Counted from the first letter of the stretch, positions 7,977 to 20,762 are shown. The stretch is 64,000 nucleotides of DNA from an uncultured virus (IMG/VR IMGVR_UViG_3300020182_000024) (IMGVR_UViG_3300020182_000024); one strand, 5' to 3'. Translations and numbers: made by a program. Notes: generated from the letters alone by a model not told the origin.

Positions 7977-8312
7977 AGGAGTATACAAATGAATATACTA
8001 TTCGTCTGTAGTATGGCAGAAGTGAGAAGTAAGACAGCATCTGAATGCCTAGGTTTTGTTTCTGATTATTGTGGAACAGATAAATTATCCGATAGATATA
8101 TTAACCCACTACAAGTAGAATGGGCTGATAGGATAATTTGTATGGAAAACTCACATAGTAATAAAGTTATAGAATTATTCCCTCATTCTAGGAATAAGAT
8201 ACAAGTATGGAATATTCAAGATAGATATGAGTATCTTGATAACACGCTTATCACCATATTAAGAGGTAAGTCAGAGAAATACTTAGATCCCTATGTAACT
8301 AATAAATGGTAA
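7968..8312 (+). CDS. low-molecular-weight protein-tyrosine-phosphatase-like protein (likely start at MNILF)
   Basis: ILFVC-x5-RS-x-TA P-loop; WADRIICME; I-x-D-x-Y. Confidence 0.8.
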   Translation: MLCRSIQMNILFVCSMAEVRSKTASECLGFVSDYCGTDKLSDRYINPLQVEWADRIICMENSHSNKVIELFPHSRNKIQVWNIQDRYEYLDNTLITILRGKSEKYLDPYVTNKW

Positions 8313-8320
8313 AATAAATA

Positions 8321-8527
8321 ATGATACTTAAAATCATAAAAGATATAATTTTCCTAATAGGAGGTATATTATTAATTATAGCATTATTCTCCATACCTAT
8401 ATCTTTGATAATAGGATTAGGAGAATCAGATATTAAATTTAATATATCTATACCCATCCAGAGTTTACTGTATGTATGCCTCCCAAGTAGTTTATTAGGT
8501 ATATCACTTTTATGGATAAGTAGATAA
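8321..8527 (+). CDS. small membrane protein
   Basis: Two hydrophobic helices. Confidence 0.7.
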   Translation: MILKIIKDIIFLIGGILLIIALFSIPISLIIGLGESDIKFNISIPIQSLLYVCLPSSLLGISLLWISR

Positions 8528-8723
8528 TATATAGGAGTATTCTTATTATACCACTAAGAAACAATTTATACTGGCAAATTAAGACTCAGAGGATGAAACC
8601 TGTGGGTCTTTTTGCTATGTACACACCACCTAGATTTAAAGCTGGGTATAAAATCACACCATTTGAAGCCTACCCTTGTAATAGGTGGTGTTCTGGGTAT
8701 ATTAAACGTAATGGATTAAGATT

Positions 8724-9086
8724 ATGACTTACAAAGTAATTATTGCAGGTAGTAGGGATTTTAATTACCCCATATCTGAATATAAAACGCAACTTTCCAG
8801 TATATTATAGGGTAAGCAAGATATAGAGGTGGTATCTGGTACAGCAAGAGGTGCTGATAAGTGGGGAGAAAGATATGCTAGAAGGTTTAATTACATTATA
8901 ACTAAGTTTCCAGCAGATTGGAATAAATATGGTAAAAGTGCTGGGTATATTAGAAATAAACAAATGGCAGAATATGCAGATCATCTTATAGCATTTTGGG
9001 ATGGAGAGAGTAAAGGTACAAAGCACATGATAAACTTAGCTACTAAACAAGGTATTATAGTAGATGTAATAGAATATAAACAATAA
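8724..9086 (+). pseudogene. DUF2493/YspA-like SLOG-fold gene with an in-frame TAG
   Basis: MTYKVIIAGSRDFN...SIL*GKQDIEVVSGTARGAD...ADWNKYGKSAGYIRN...FWDGESKGT; stop at 8808-8810. Confidence 0.75.
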
Positions 9087-9104
9087 TAATAAGAGATAAA
9101 TAAA

Positions 9105-9317
9105 ATGGCAACAACAAGACAGATTCATTTCCTAAAAGAATACTTAGAAATAGAATGCAAAGAAGATTACGAGGAAGTCATGCACAAGTATAAGGCATCC
9201 TTGCAATTTGATGAAAGAGATGGAAGATGGGAAGTATTTATACCATCTATTAACACACGAACACAAGCTGTGATATTTGATTTAAATGAGATGTGTGGAT
9301 ATGAAACAGAAACTTAA
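9105..9317 (+). CDS. hypothetical protein
   Basis: ORF in operon. Confidence 0.7.
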   Translation: MATTRQIHFLKEYLEIECKEDYEEVMHKYKASLQFDERDGRWEVFIPSINTRTQAVIFDLNEMCGYETET

Positions 9318-9617
9318 ATCTGGAGATGAAGTGGATGTTATTTACGGCAGAAAATGGTATCGCTGGCGTAGTGGTGTTTTAAAGAAAATTAAAAGAGCTT
9401 TAAATAAACGTATTAGAAAGGAGGGTAAGAAAATAGATGAACGGTAAAGGAGATACACCTAGAAGTGTACACAAAGACAAGTATGATGTGAAGTATGACT
9501 TAGCATTCTCTAAAACTAACCCTTACACCAATGAGGAGTTAGATAGGTTTATTGAGGAAGGATGGATTACAGAGAAGGAGAAGAGTATCTTTAAGGGTAA
9601 AATTTAAATAAATATAT

Positions 9618-9634
9618 GGGGCTGTGTTAGCCCC
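9618..9634. terminator. hairpin between convergent gene blocks
   Basis: GGGGCT-gtgtt-AGCCCC. Confidence 0.6.
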
Positions 9635-9640
9635 TTCCTA

Positions 9641-12629
9641 TTAATAACTAACACCTCTATTTAGATTACTAATAGTTTTCATAATAAAGGGAAATACATT
9701 CTCATTTATTTCCTCATTAACCTCGACTATAAATTCAAACTTCCATCTATCATCTTCTAGTCTGTGAAAGTAACCATAATATTCCTTGCCATCATCTGAG
9801 TATAGATAATATAGATCATATTCTATTTTACTAATTTTAAACATTATCTTTCTCCGAAAGATTATCAATAGCTTCTAATACCTTCTCTTCAAACTCTTCC
9901 CTACCTAATCCCTTCTCGATGTCTAAATAGAACTCTGCTTCACTTTGAAACCACTCTTGACTAAGAATAAAATCTAAATATGTATCCATAATATAAAACC
10001 TCTGAAGTTAATTGAATATTGTAATGTTAATTATATCAATTCTTAACAATTTTGTAAATACCTGATCGTAACATCTGCATAAAATCCTCTAGGTATAATT
10101 CTACATTCTGTAGTGTTGTATGATTCGTAAGTACAACTTTAGGATTAAACCATCCAGATGACATCTCATTTGCTTCATCCCATTTCAGTACACTACCTAC
10201 TACAACACCCTTTCTAGTAGCAATATCATCCCCTATTTCTAAATTTAAATCCTCTACGTGTTCTACACTCATTTATATGCCCTCTATAGTTAATTCATCG
10301 TGCATGATTGTAACTTTAAAATTACCTTCACAGTGTTGACACTTAATTAATGCCTCTATGACAAGTCCATTTAATCTAGTTATAACATCATCCTGACTCT
10401 TGTCACAATGTGGACATATAATTCCATATGTACTACTCATCTTCCCACTCCACACTTCCAGTTTCCAATAAATAAGCAATCTGATCGAATGTTAGTAGTA
10501 ATTCATCATTCCATTCTACAGGTGTAAAAATCCCGCCTGAGTATTCAGAATCAGAGTGTATAGCTTTTATATCTTCTGCATCTATACCACTAAAAGATAC
10601 AGGAGTATCTGTGATATCCGAAGGTACATGCTTATTTAATCCCTCTTCCCAACCTCTTCCTACTACTTCCATCTCTAAGACGTGTAAACAACAAGCACTA
10701 TTAGCAGTAGATAGGCTACACATTGCATCATGTACTTGCTTCCATTTACCACTTCGTAATCCCTTACACCACTTAGCTACGACTTCTGGATTATCTGCCA
10801 GTGCTTGTGCAGAGTTAGGTGTTAATACTAATTTATTCATAACATTTCCTCGTTTGTATCTTGTAATGGGCAATCAGTAGGGAAGGGGTTAATAAGTCCT
10901 CTTCTGTAATCAAAAAAATCCCACTCTGTACCTGTCTTAGTACATGCGCCTGTATCTATCTCATCATAGTGTGGACATATATCGCAACTACTAATAACTA
11001 CTTTCTTATTCATATCACCAACACTCCTCTATAAACTCACACATCTCTCTATATCCATAATCAATAGCAGCTACAATGAGTACAATAGGTGCTAGTAATA
11101 TCGTAGCTGATCTCCGTAACCAAGAGCGTTGCACCTTATCTAATGGTAATGAAAACTCTTGTATAAATGTATTTGTATATTTAGTCATTACATCCACCTT
11201 AAATACATATATTCATGTATCTTAAAACTGAGACCTTCTATAGTATCAGTTTTGTAAATATACTTACTCCCTCTTTTGCTCCAGTATTTATACACCACTA
11301 CATTACCATCAACTATGCTGCACACCTCCACTACTACAGGTTTGTGATAATGTTCTAATAACCACTCAGTTTGAGAACCTATTTTATCCTTAAAATCTAA
11401 TATTGGATAGTCCATAATTAATACCCTTTGAATACTCTAACTATTCTACCCCAGAAACTCAAAGACTGCAACTCTTCCAGTATCTTCTTATAAAATAAGC
11501 TGTCATTGTTTGCATTATTTAATTGACAGTTTAGTGTACTAATACGATTACGACAAATAGCTAACTCTCTTTCTATATTATCGAATGCTTCTACATGCCA
11601 TCCTAATGCTTCATGTACATCCTTAGACAATCCTACAATCTTAGTATCTACTTTCTCCTTATAAGGGGTATCTGTAAATGTATCATCTTTCTCTATAGGC
11701 ACTATACTCCTACGAATAAAACGCCTACCTTTAATATACTCTGAAACCACCTTATCTTCTATGTAGTTATCACCATCATTAGACCATATAGGTTTACTAC
11801 CTCCATATAGATGATCACAAACTATCCCTCTATTTAGAGCCTCTTCATCATCTACTGTATATACTTTTGCATCTACTAGTATTGTTGCCATAGTATTACT
11901 CCTCATTCTCTTCTGTGCTACAGTAGTCAACTCTCATAGCACAATCACCCCATCTTGAACCATTCATATATAAATCAGAATTATCACTGAATGTTATTAG
12001 TAAGCTATACTCAGAGGCAACTACCCTACTAATAGTCTTACCTATAATAGCCTCGACCTCTTCTGGCATCATATCTGACTCAAAATATACAGTACAATTC
12101 TCACTTTTATAATCTCTTGTTTCCATAATTATTCCTCGAATTTAAGGGTATTCTATAATCTCAGTATCTCCTGCTTTTAAATAATTATCAATTACTTGTT
12201 TAGCAACGTCTAAACTACTTGTATTATACCGTATACACAAACTATCTGTAGTATCTACTACCATCTTAAACCAAAATCCCCAACTACGAACCTCTGGGTA
12301 ATATAAACCATATTCCTTTCTAATTCTAGTTTTCATTTCTTATTCTCCAATCGCTTAATCTTACGTTGCCATTTACTACGTTCTGCTGTCAATACCTCTA
12401 ATGACTTCTTAGTAGGTTCTAGTGCTTGCTCTGCTTTAATGGCTCTACTCTCTAACTCCTTAACTTCGGCAATTCTCTTATTTGCACCTCTCAGGTGACA
12501 GGATTGAGCTTTTATCTTTTGTAGATAACTCTTGATCTCAGAATCTTGATTATCAATAACTACTTGTAAATCAAGATTCTGATTCTCCAATTCAGTAATG
12601 CCTAACTTGTTTTCTAACCATTTATACAT
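9641..12629 (-). other. block of about 10 small hypothetical CDS
   Basis: Tightly packed minus-strand ORFs 9641-9868, 10036-10272, 10273-10479, 10433-10873, 11015-11197, 11188-11415, 11418-11930, 11896-12126, 12142-12336, 12333-12629; no recognisable domains. Confidence 0.75.
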
Positions 12630-12637
12630 CTCTATAC

Positions 12638-12745
12638 GCTCCTATAAGCCATCCTAAGGCCACTTGATACTACCCCTACCTACCCTATTACTTCATCTTA
12701 AAACGCTCTGAAACAGCCCTTAAAACGCCATCTCAGGGGTCTATG
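12638..12745 (+). repeat. dispersed ~108-bp element, copy 1
   Basis: GCTCCTATAAGCC..ACCCCTACCTACCCTA..AAAACGCTCT..TCTCAGGGGT. Confidence 0.8.
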
Positions 12746-13002
12746 AATATACTCTAATATCCCTATATTTACCCTATAAATAAACAGGCTAAACTGGATA
12801 GGTATAGGAATGGATTATGTAATACTGAATGTTAGTCTATACTAACCATGTAAATATTATAATATATGTAATCTTTATTACCAATATTGGTAATATTATA
12901 CATAATCCACTATTAAAATCAAGCTATTTTAGCCTGTTTATTTTAATTTAATTGAATAAAACACTTGACTTTTGAGATTATAGTGTTTCACGTGTGACAT
13001 AT

Positions 13003-14902
13003 TTAGATAATTCCTACCACTTGGCAAGTCGCTGGGGTATCTTGAGTAATATAATTGCCTGTTTTATACCAATTACCCCAAGTATCTCTCTTGTATTCTA
13101 CATAAGTATAATCTTCTCCCTCATCAGTTAAATAATATCCATCTCCAATACACTCCAGATTAGATGGTTGAGTCTTTGCAGAGTTTATATTGTAAAACAA
13201 CCATTTAAATATACTATTCACTTTCGTATGCTCTCCGATTCTATTAATATTAGTAAATCTCCCTAGAAGCTCCATACAGCCATTCTAAGCGACTCTAGTT
13301 TATCCTTATCAGATACACCATCTGGGTGTTCCAGTATAGCTAATAGCTCGAATTGTACATCTTCTAAGTCTTCCATTAGTAAATCTATATACTCATCCAC
13401 TCCATAATCATCTACATTTTCTAGGAATACATCCCTATCTGTAGGCTGTGTAGGGAATTGAAGGATATTATCATCATCTTTCATGGTTATTCTCCTAGTG
13501 ACAGTGACATACTTAACCCATGCAATTCTCTTAATTGCCACTTATGTTCACACTTGAAGTGATTGTAGTACTCAGTAGCTGCTTCAATATTAGGCCATGT
13601 TTTTACACTCATGTATTGATTTGTCTCGTAAGGGTAGCCACTATCAGTATCTACTGCAATGTACTTCTCACCTTTAGTAAATATATACTTCTTAGTCATA
13701 TTACACCCCTAATCCTATCCCGCCAACGGCTTATACTGTTCCAGTAATTCTGCATTCTCACGTAACACTTGCTTAGCCAGTTCTTGTGATTTGAATGTAA
13801 GGAAATGTAAAAATTTAGTTGGATCCACAATCCATTCATCATTATAACCCCAATGTATATACCAACAAACTTCATTAATATCTTGCTCCCAATCTCCATT
13901 CACCCTCTTCATAATCTGAGATAGTTTAGCCTGTGCTAAATGAGCCTTACATTGGGCTTCTGTGGCATATATATTAGCGTTATTTATTGTAGGATCACAG
14001 TTGTCACTTGTTGGATTAACATAAGCCGCTGTATCAGTATACCATCCACTTACATTTCCTAACTCCTTCCAACGTGTACTAACCTCCTTACTCTTAAACA
14101 CCACTTTCTGTAGTGTGGATTTCTCCATATCCACCTCCATACCCTCTGGAGTGTTATCTGCTAATAATCCTGCTAGGTCTAATGTATTGTTATTCATGTT
14201 GATCTCCTGTTTGATTGTTAATTGAATGTGTATACTATCGTGCTTTATTGGGAAAGTCAAGAGGAGGTATAATAAGGTTTCATATCTACAAGCCCATGTT
14301 CTCTAATGTAATCTTGTATATGACCATAACATAAGTAGTTATAATCATCAAGTGATACAGTTATATCACACCAATTCCCAGAACATTCTGTGCCATACAT
14401 ACTCATAGGGAAGTATACCCCATCTCCGTCATCTTGCATATATCCGAATAAACCTATAGGATCACCGTGGATATCAAACAGATGAATATCATCTATTCCT
14501 TTATCTCTCACCCAATCACCTACTTCACTATCTAACCAAGAACAGCCACCTACATGACGTTCAGGGGGTTGAGATAGTACAAACTGGATGAAATCTTTAT
14601 AATTAGATTGGATATATGGTAAGTTGTATAACATAGTAAATTCCTAATAAAATTTAAATTGAATGTATAGGAGGGATACATCATTATTCAACTCCGCACC
14701 CTTTAATGCTAATATTCAGCACCTCACAATAAACACTATCAAACCAGTGTATATTAGAATGGTAGGCATCCTTGAAGGTCATCTCTCCTGTATCTATTTC
14801 ATCTTGGTGCATAAATTCAAATCCTGATACAGACTCAAATTGGATCATAAATTTACGCTGCTGTTGGTTGATTTTCTTTGCAAATACTGACATATATTCC
14901 AC
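13003..14902 (-). other. block of small hypothetical CDS
   Basis: ORFs 13003-13275, 13263-13541, 13487-13699, 13715-14260, 14257-14634, 14684-14902. Confidence 0.7.
14232..14260 (-). promoter_or_regulatory. sigma70-type promoter
   Basis: TTGACT-17 nt-TAGTAT; implies the 13715-14260 ORF really starts at MNNNT. Confidence 0.6.
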
Positions 14903-15203
14903 TAAAAATTAAAATTGAATGTATATATTAACCTATATTATTAGTAAAATCAACTGTAAAATACATATTAGGAGTATAAAACTCCAGAAAATTAAAATTT
15001 AGACTCTATTATATCACTGAGTTAGGATATTAGAGATGCTGAAAATACATAGGGAATGGCTTCTGATGTATTATTAGGATGTAGTATATAGGGAGTATAA
15101 TTATGTAAATAGTAGCTAAGCACCCCTCTACGCCCATGTCAAATAACTTGTAGGATTTTAAAATACGCTTATTATAACCAAATATTATATACTATCACTA
15201 CAA

Positions 15204-15311
15204 GCTCTTGTAAGCCTCTCTAAGCTATCCTAATATCACCCTATACTACCCTACAGGGTATACTCTAAAACGCTCTCAGAATGGCTAAAAAGGGGCTTCT
15301 CGAAGGTGTTT
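15204..15311 (+). repeat. dispersed ~108-bp element, copy 2
   Basis: GCTCTTGTAAGCCTCTCTAAG..ACCCTATACTACCCTAC..AAAACGCTCTCAGAATGG..GGCTTCTC. Confidence 0.85.
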
Positions 15312-15457
15312 ATATAGTGAGTGTGTATAATATGAATATATAACAGAATGTTATAAGAATAAGAGGGGAATATGTGGATATATTATATGATGATATTGGA
15401 TGATATGACTAGATAGTGTAGCCAAGTGGCTAGTGTGAAGTGTGTTACAGATAGGCA

Positions 15458-15484
15458 TAAAAAAGCCCACTACTGAGAGCGGGC
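15458..15484 (-). terminator. intrinsic terminator
   Basis: GCCC...GGGC stem followed by a T-run on the minus strand. Confidence 0.6.
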
Positions 15485-15737
15485 AAGGTAGGCGACAAAT
15501 GTATTAATTAATCATCACATGATGGATAAGGTAGATAACCTTTTAACTTATCCTCTTCTATAAAATTCAACAGTTCAATAACTGCATCTATATCCTCATC
15601 TAAGATATCTTCTTCTATTTGGCTTATAACCATACGTATTAACTGTTCTTTAGGCATTATGTAATCCTCTTGTTTGATAATGTAGGGGTATTATAATCAT
15701 ACTATATGAATATAGCAAGGGTTATTTGTAATAATAC

Positions 15738-15790
15738 TTATCCACAGATATTTAAAGTTATCCACAGGGTTATCCACATAGTTATACACA
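15738..15790 (+). promoter_or_regulatory. cluster of four DnaA boxes
   Basis: TTATCCACA at 15738, 15758 and 15770; TTATACACA at 15782. Confidence 0.85.
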
Positions 15791-15798
15791 TTCCCTTA

Positions 15799-16452
15799 TT
15801 ACACTCTTACCACTAACTGTTTAATCTTACTACATTTATTACATTTTAATAGTGTTATATGTTTCCTAGTAGAATCACACATTTGATGAGGGATTTTAAC
15901 ATTTACTACACCTGCTTTACTAGCTACTTGCATAGCGTGTTCAAACTGGCTAGGTATAATTTCCTTACTTAGTACATTATAGTTATGATTACATAGTAGT
16001 TGTGTAAACATATTTAGTCCTCGATTTAGTTAATGTACAGCCATCCTGTATAAGCTCATCGACCATATCATTTAACTCAATAACTTGCAATTGTGCTTGG
16101 ATGTACTTATTAGTTAACATAGTTAATGAGAATGATTCCCATTTACTATTAGGTGTAGTCTTATAATGTAGTATTCCGTCTATTACTTGTTCTTCGTAAT
16201 ACATAGTATTCATTCCTATAGTTTGTTATATTCATCAATAGCACGTTGTATATATACAGTTTCCATCACTATATCACCCTCTTTAGTCACTTTATACACC
16301 ACACCATATGGTGTGAATACAACATCTAATTGTATCAAATAAACATTATCACCATATCGACTAAACTTACTAGCTAGTTCGTGTGATATAGAGTATGGGA
16401 ATATATGCTCTAGTTCTATGTGATCATCTGTATTTCTAATAGTCATATCCAA
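15799..16452 (-). other. three small hypothetical CDS
   Basis: ORFs 15799-16011 (C-x-H..C-x2-C), 15989-16213, 16216-16452. Confidence 0.7.
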
Positions 16453-16476
16453 CTCTCTTTGTTAATATTTCTATAT

Positions 16477-16584
16477 GGCTCTGTAAGCCTCTGTACGGGC
16501 TTGTTAATCTACCCTATACTACCCTACAGGGTATAGTCTAAACGTTGCTTAGAATGCAATCTGAGGTCATATAGAGCTATGTTT
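16477..16584 (+). repeat. dispersed ~108-bp element, copy 3
   Basis: GCTCTGTAAGCCTCTGTACGGGC..ACCCTATACTACCCTACAGGGTA..TAAACG..TTAGAATG..TATGTTT. Confidence 0.85.
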
Positions 16585-17117
16585 ATATAAGAGTATAGTA
16601 ATATGTTATTAATAACACTATATAAACATATTATACACACTTATTGACCATTGTCTAATAATCATTAGATATAAACATTTAGTTTAATATATCCATATTG
16701 TATATACATTCAGGATATACATAATTACGTTATTTATAGAATAACATATAGTTAGCCATATTAATAGCATTCTGCTATAACAATTAGGCATAAAAACGGA
16801 TATATTAATAATATAAGAATATTAGGCATATTAAACCACAGATTATACATAAATACTCATTTATTCTAAGAATATAGCTTTTTATAACTAAAAAGTCTAA
16901 GAGATGTTGATTATTTAGTTGTTTTTAGTGGGAAAATGGTTTAAGCATTTTATTAACATTTTATGTATATTTTAACTATTATTAATAAAAGCATTTCAAT
17001 AGAATTTTATGCTTATTTACATATATATCAATACTTGTATAAATAAGCCTTTTACGTATATATGTTTAGTATATACATATCAAAATAAAGTATATTAATA
17101 ATACTATAATGCTTATA

Positions 17118-17435
17118 TCACTTATAATCTATCTGATTAGACTCATACTCTACCTTATTAGTTAGTATATTAAGATAGGCTTCATCTGAGATACAAGAAT
17201 CTTTCTCACATTCTACCTTAGTAGATAAGATATCTATAATATCATCTTTATTATTAATAAGATAATTCATAACACACAGTGCTACTTTAGAAGGTAGATG
17301 ATGGTTACCTGTCATATTATCAATATGTTTACCTAGTCTATTTGTCAAGTGTTCCTCTATTTTATTAACATCCTTGTATTCTTTACCATCTAGTACATAC
17401 ACTGTTTTAGTAGTTGCTATAGCCATAATATTCAC
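17118..17435 (-). CDS. hypothetical protein
   Basis: ORF track; probable start at MAIATT. Confidence 0.7.
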   Translation of the reverse strand: MNIMAIATTKTVYVLDGKEYKDVNKIEEHLTNRLGKHIDNMTGNHHLPSKVALCVMNYLINNKDDIIDILSTKVECEKDSCISDEAYLNILTNKVEYESNQIDYK

Positions 17436-18185
17436 CCTTGTCTATATTATGTTAGCTTACGCTAACGAAATTAAAGTTTAATACTGTATTCAGTCACTTC
17501 ATCTCTCTTATCTATAGATATAATAGAGCCATCTTTTAAAACAATAGTAGTTAATAATGATTATTAGACAATGATAGTAGTCACTCTCTATATTAACTAC
17601 TTTTATTGTATTAATTATATTGAACAACTCTTCTTCACTTATTTCTTTTATAGTCATAATATTCGCCCTATATTATGTTAGCGTAAGCTAACGAGATTAA
17701 ACTTATTAACATATATTCTATTAATATACATTATAAGAGCATTATTTCATGTATATAATACCTTGTCAATAGCTTATTAGTAATATATCTATATAAGTGT
17801 TATATACAACAATTACTACTATGCTGGTGTTTGAGCTAGCGTTAGCTAGTGAGTATAGCATAACAATATAGGGTATAACAATGTTAGTATATAAAAAGAT
17901 TAAGGGCGGGGGTTCTACCCCTGTCCCGCCTTGACTAAACTATTATTAATAAGCATTTGGTATAATAAACTATTATAGCGTTACTCTGTCACAGTATAAA
18001 TAGATAGCTTACGCTATCGAAACAATGTGACAATATATAAGTATATTATAAATTACTATATAATGATGATAGAATAGACTGTAGAAGTGCAACACTAACT
18101 ATTGGTTATTGAATTATGTATATGATTTAATAGGTAATGGTAATAGATTTTTTTCTATTATTATTATATAGGGAAAAACTTGCGA

Positions 18186-18334
18186 AAAATGTCCCAATCG
18201 TTAAAGTAAATTATTAACAAAGTGGTATAAGTTATTGATTTATAAGGGATTGTTAAAAACAGTGTTTTTCAAAATGTCCCAATATGTAAAGTAGTTTATT
18301 AAGACATTGACGTAAGTCATTGATATATAAGGGA
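18186..18334. repeat. two ~64-bp direct repeats, each containing an IHF consensus
   Basis: AAAATGTCCCAAT...TAAGT(T/C)ATTGAT(T/A)TATAAGGGA at 18186 and 18271. Confidence 0.75.
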
Positions 18335-18633
18335 AAATAGGGTATTAAGTTAGTGTATAAGTTAACATCCGTATTAACTTATGGTTATTGGATTATAGGT
18401 ATCCTTTTATTCTATAAAAACTCTACTGTAGCATACTTGTATCTATTACAAACTATAACCGCTTCATTATAGTTTTTAAACTTTATAGCGTCATAATGAA
18501 CGTAACTATCAAAACTACTACTATTACCTTTACTGCATAAAAACTTACCGCTTGATTCCATAATATAGTACATTTTATCACCTTTATAATTTATTAATTG
18601 ACACTACTTATAAACACTACGTAGATACGTGTA

Positions 18634-18742
18634 TTTAGACCCCTGAGAACGCCCATAGAGGCCTATATTAGAGCGTTTTAGCCTTACCTAATAGGGTAGT
18701 AAGGGTATGAACAACAAGCCCGTACAGGGGCTTATATTAGCT
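18634..18742 (-). repeat. dispersed ~108-bp element, copy 4
   Basis: Reverse complement: TAAGCCCCTGTACGGGC..ACCCTTACTACCCTA..AAAACGCTCT..GGGCGTTCTCAGGGGT. Confidence 0.85.
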
Positions 18743-18751
18743 CGTATATAG

Positions 18752-20128
18752 CTATCTATAATTAGATAACACTTGTCCAGTTTGATGTCTCTTGCATCGT
18801 AATAACCCACTAGGGACATCACTAGCCTTACCAATAACAACTCCACAGAATGTAGGTTCGTAGCCTTGGCGTGTGTATTTCAGTCCATAGCGTGTATTTA
18901 TAGAGCCATCTAACTCTTCAATGTGTAGCTTTTGTTGTTCTGTTGTAATAGACATATTAGTCACCTTATTGGTTGTGGCTATTGTTTACCAGCTTGTTAA
19001 CAAGTATAAGCATATTTCCTAGCAATGCAAGCTATTTATAATAAATCTATTTCAATATTGTCGAAATAACCTATTCTAAAATGTAGATTCCTATAGTTAT
19101 ACTCTTTTAACCCTTTTTCTAACATTAATCCGCGTAACATATTAACACTATTATGAGTTTGTATGTAATCTGAGTCTATATTACTATGTACCTTGTTCGC
19201 ATACTCTATCAAGTTGTTATCTGTTAACTCTTGATATTTATGGCAATCTTTTAGATCATTTGTGGGTTTATTGGGTGATATTGTTACAGGTTGGGTGCTT
19301 CCGAAAAAATTAAACATATTATATTCCCCTAGCATCTATTATCAAAAACATAGTATTCATCATTGCTACTCTCAAACTCATCTTGACTATGATCGTAACT
19401 ATTAAAATGATGACCATAACCATCTAAACTACTGTATTCTGCTTGCAACTCCTCTAATTTACCTAATGAAATAATAAGTTTACCTATAGCCTCGTAGGCC
19501 TCTGCCTCTTGCATGGCTTCTAAAACCTCGCAATCAATATCTAGGATATTGGATAAAAAGTTACTATTAAAGCAACCTAGGATATATAGATCATTTTCAA
19601 GCTCTTCTTGTTGGATACTATCAATACAATCTGATTTTATAAATCTTACATTATCCACTTCAAAATCGTTTACTTCTTCTATAATGTTTTGTAGTACTTC
19701 TCTATAATCCGGTTGGCTGTTTAATATCTCACAGTATTCTTTGATTGATTTAATTTCTGAATATTTCATGATGTTTATACCTTTTTAATTTGTTTGTATT
19801 TTCTTGAATCTCTCAAGATGTGGCTATTTTACATGGTGTTCTTAGTGTGTCAATGGTTTAATTCAGAAAAATGAATATTATTTTCCTTTAGTACTTTTAT
19901 TAAGTAATGGGTATTAACAGCGTTGTTATCCCAGATACCAAAACAATCTAACTCACATAATTCTGCTATTTCATCTGTCATACACTCGACTAAGTGATCA
20001 TAATTTTTTGCTACAACGTACCACTTTTGATCATAACCTGTCTTGATAGGTAAAGACCTTGTTATATGTGGATGATGAAAGTATATTTTCTCATTTTCTG
20101 AATCTAAGTTAACACTTAATAATGTCAT
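18752..20128 (-). other. four early-type hypothetical CDS
   Basis: ORFs 18752-18964, 19036-19335, 19329-19769 (acidic), 19850-20128, with nearby sigma70-like promoters. Confidence 0.7.
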
Positions 20129-20552
20129 TTTATTTATTCCTATTTCTGTTTAAGATGTGTTAAGTATAAAGCCTTTTAACATGGTGTCAATAGTTTATTT
20201 AACTTTCTTTCTGGCTTTATTCAGCATGATAAATAAGCGGCTAATATGTCTAGCTTTCGTTGCGCTAGGTTTTAGCTTGTTACATATAGAAATAGCTTTT
20301 AAAATGTTTGTAGTAGTCATTGTTATGTACTCGTTTCGTTGAATGTGTAGCTATTATTAATGACACTCTACACCCTGTCCAATAATAAATAGTTATATAA
20401 ATATGTATTTATATAACAAAATGTTATTTGACTAGATAGGATTAATAGATGACAATGATTACACATTAACAACAGAGAGAGTAAATGATTATGTTTGAAG
20501 GCGATATAATAGATTATGATGAGGAGTTTACAGGTGATGAGTGGGCTGAGAT

Positions 20553-20726
20553 ATGAACGAAAACTATAAGCTAATGATTGAGAGAATAAAAGCGGCGAAC
20601 ACTGTAGAGGTTTTGAGTAGGTTAGAAAAGTCTTGTGTTCGTCTATATGATGCTGGTATATTTAATGAAAAAGAGTTATCAAGGTTAGATGTTAAAATAA
20701 TGGAAAAAATAGCATTAATTGAATAA
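20553..20726 (+). CDS. small hypothetical protein (57 aa, not in track)
   Basis: Hand translation MNENYKLMIERIKAANTVEVLSRLEKS...IALIE. Confidence 0.6.
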   Translation: MNENYKLMIERIKAANTVEVLSRLEKSCVRLYDAGIFNEKELSRLDVKIMEKIALIE

Positions 20727-20734
20727 ATAAACTA

Positions 20735-20762
20735 TTGACAACTAGCAAGGATGCTGTATAAT
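20735..20762 (+). promoter_or_regulatory. strong sigma70-type promoter
   Basis: TTGACA-16 nt-TATAAT. Confidence 0.65.

Noticed and set aside
8808..8810. Genome-wide TAG recoding
   Set aside because: Long genes are intact under the standard code, and TAG ends genes at their expected C-termini (e.g. nrdA after CSACES).
12638..12745. 108-bp repeats as MITEs or REP elements
   Set aside because: No consistent terminal inverted repeats, target duplications or shared palindrome; conservation is periodic rather than end-weighted.
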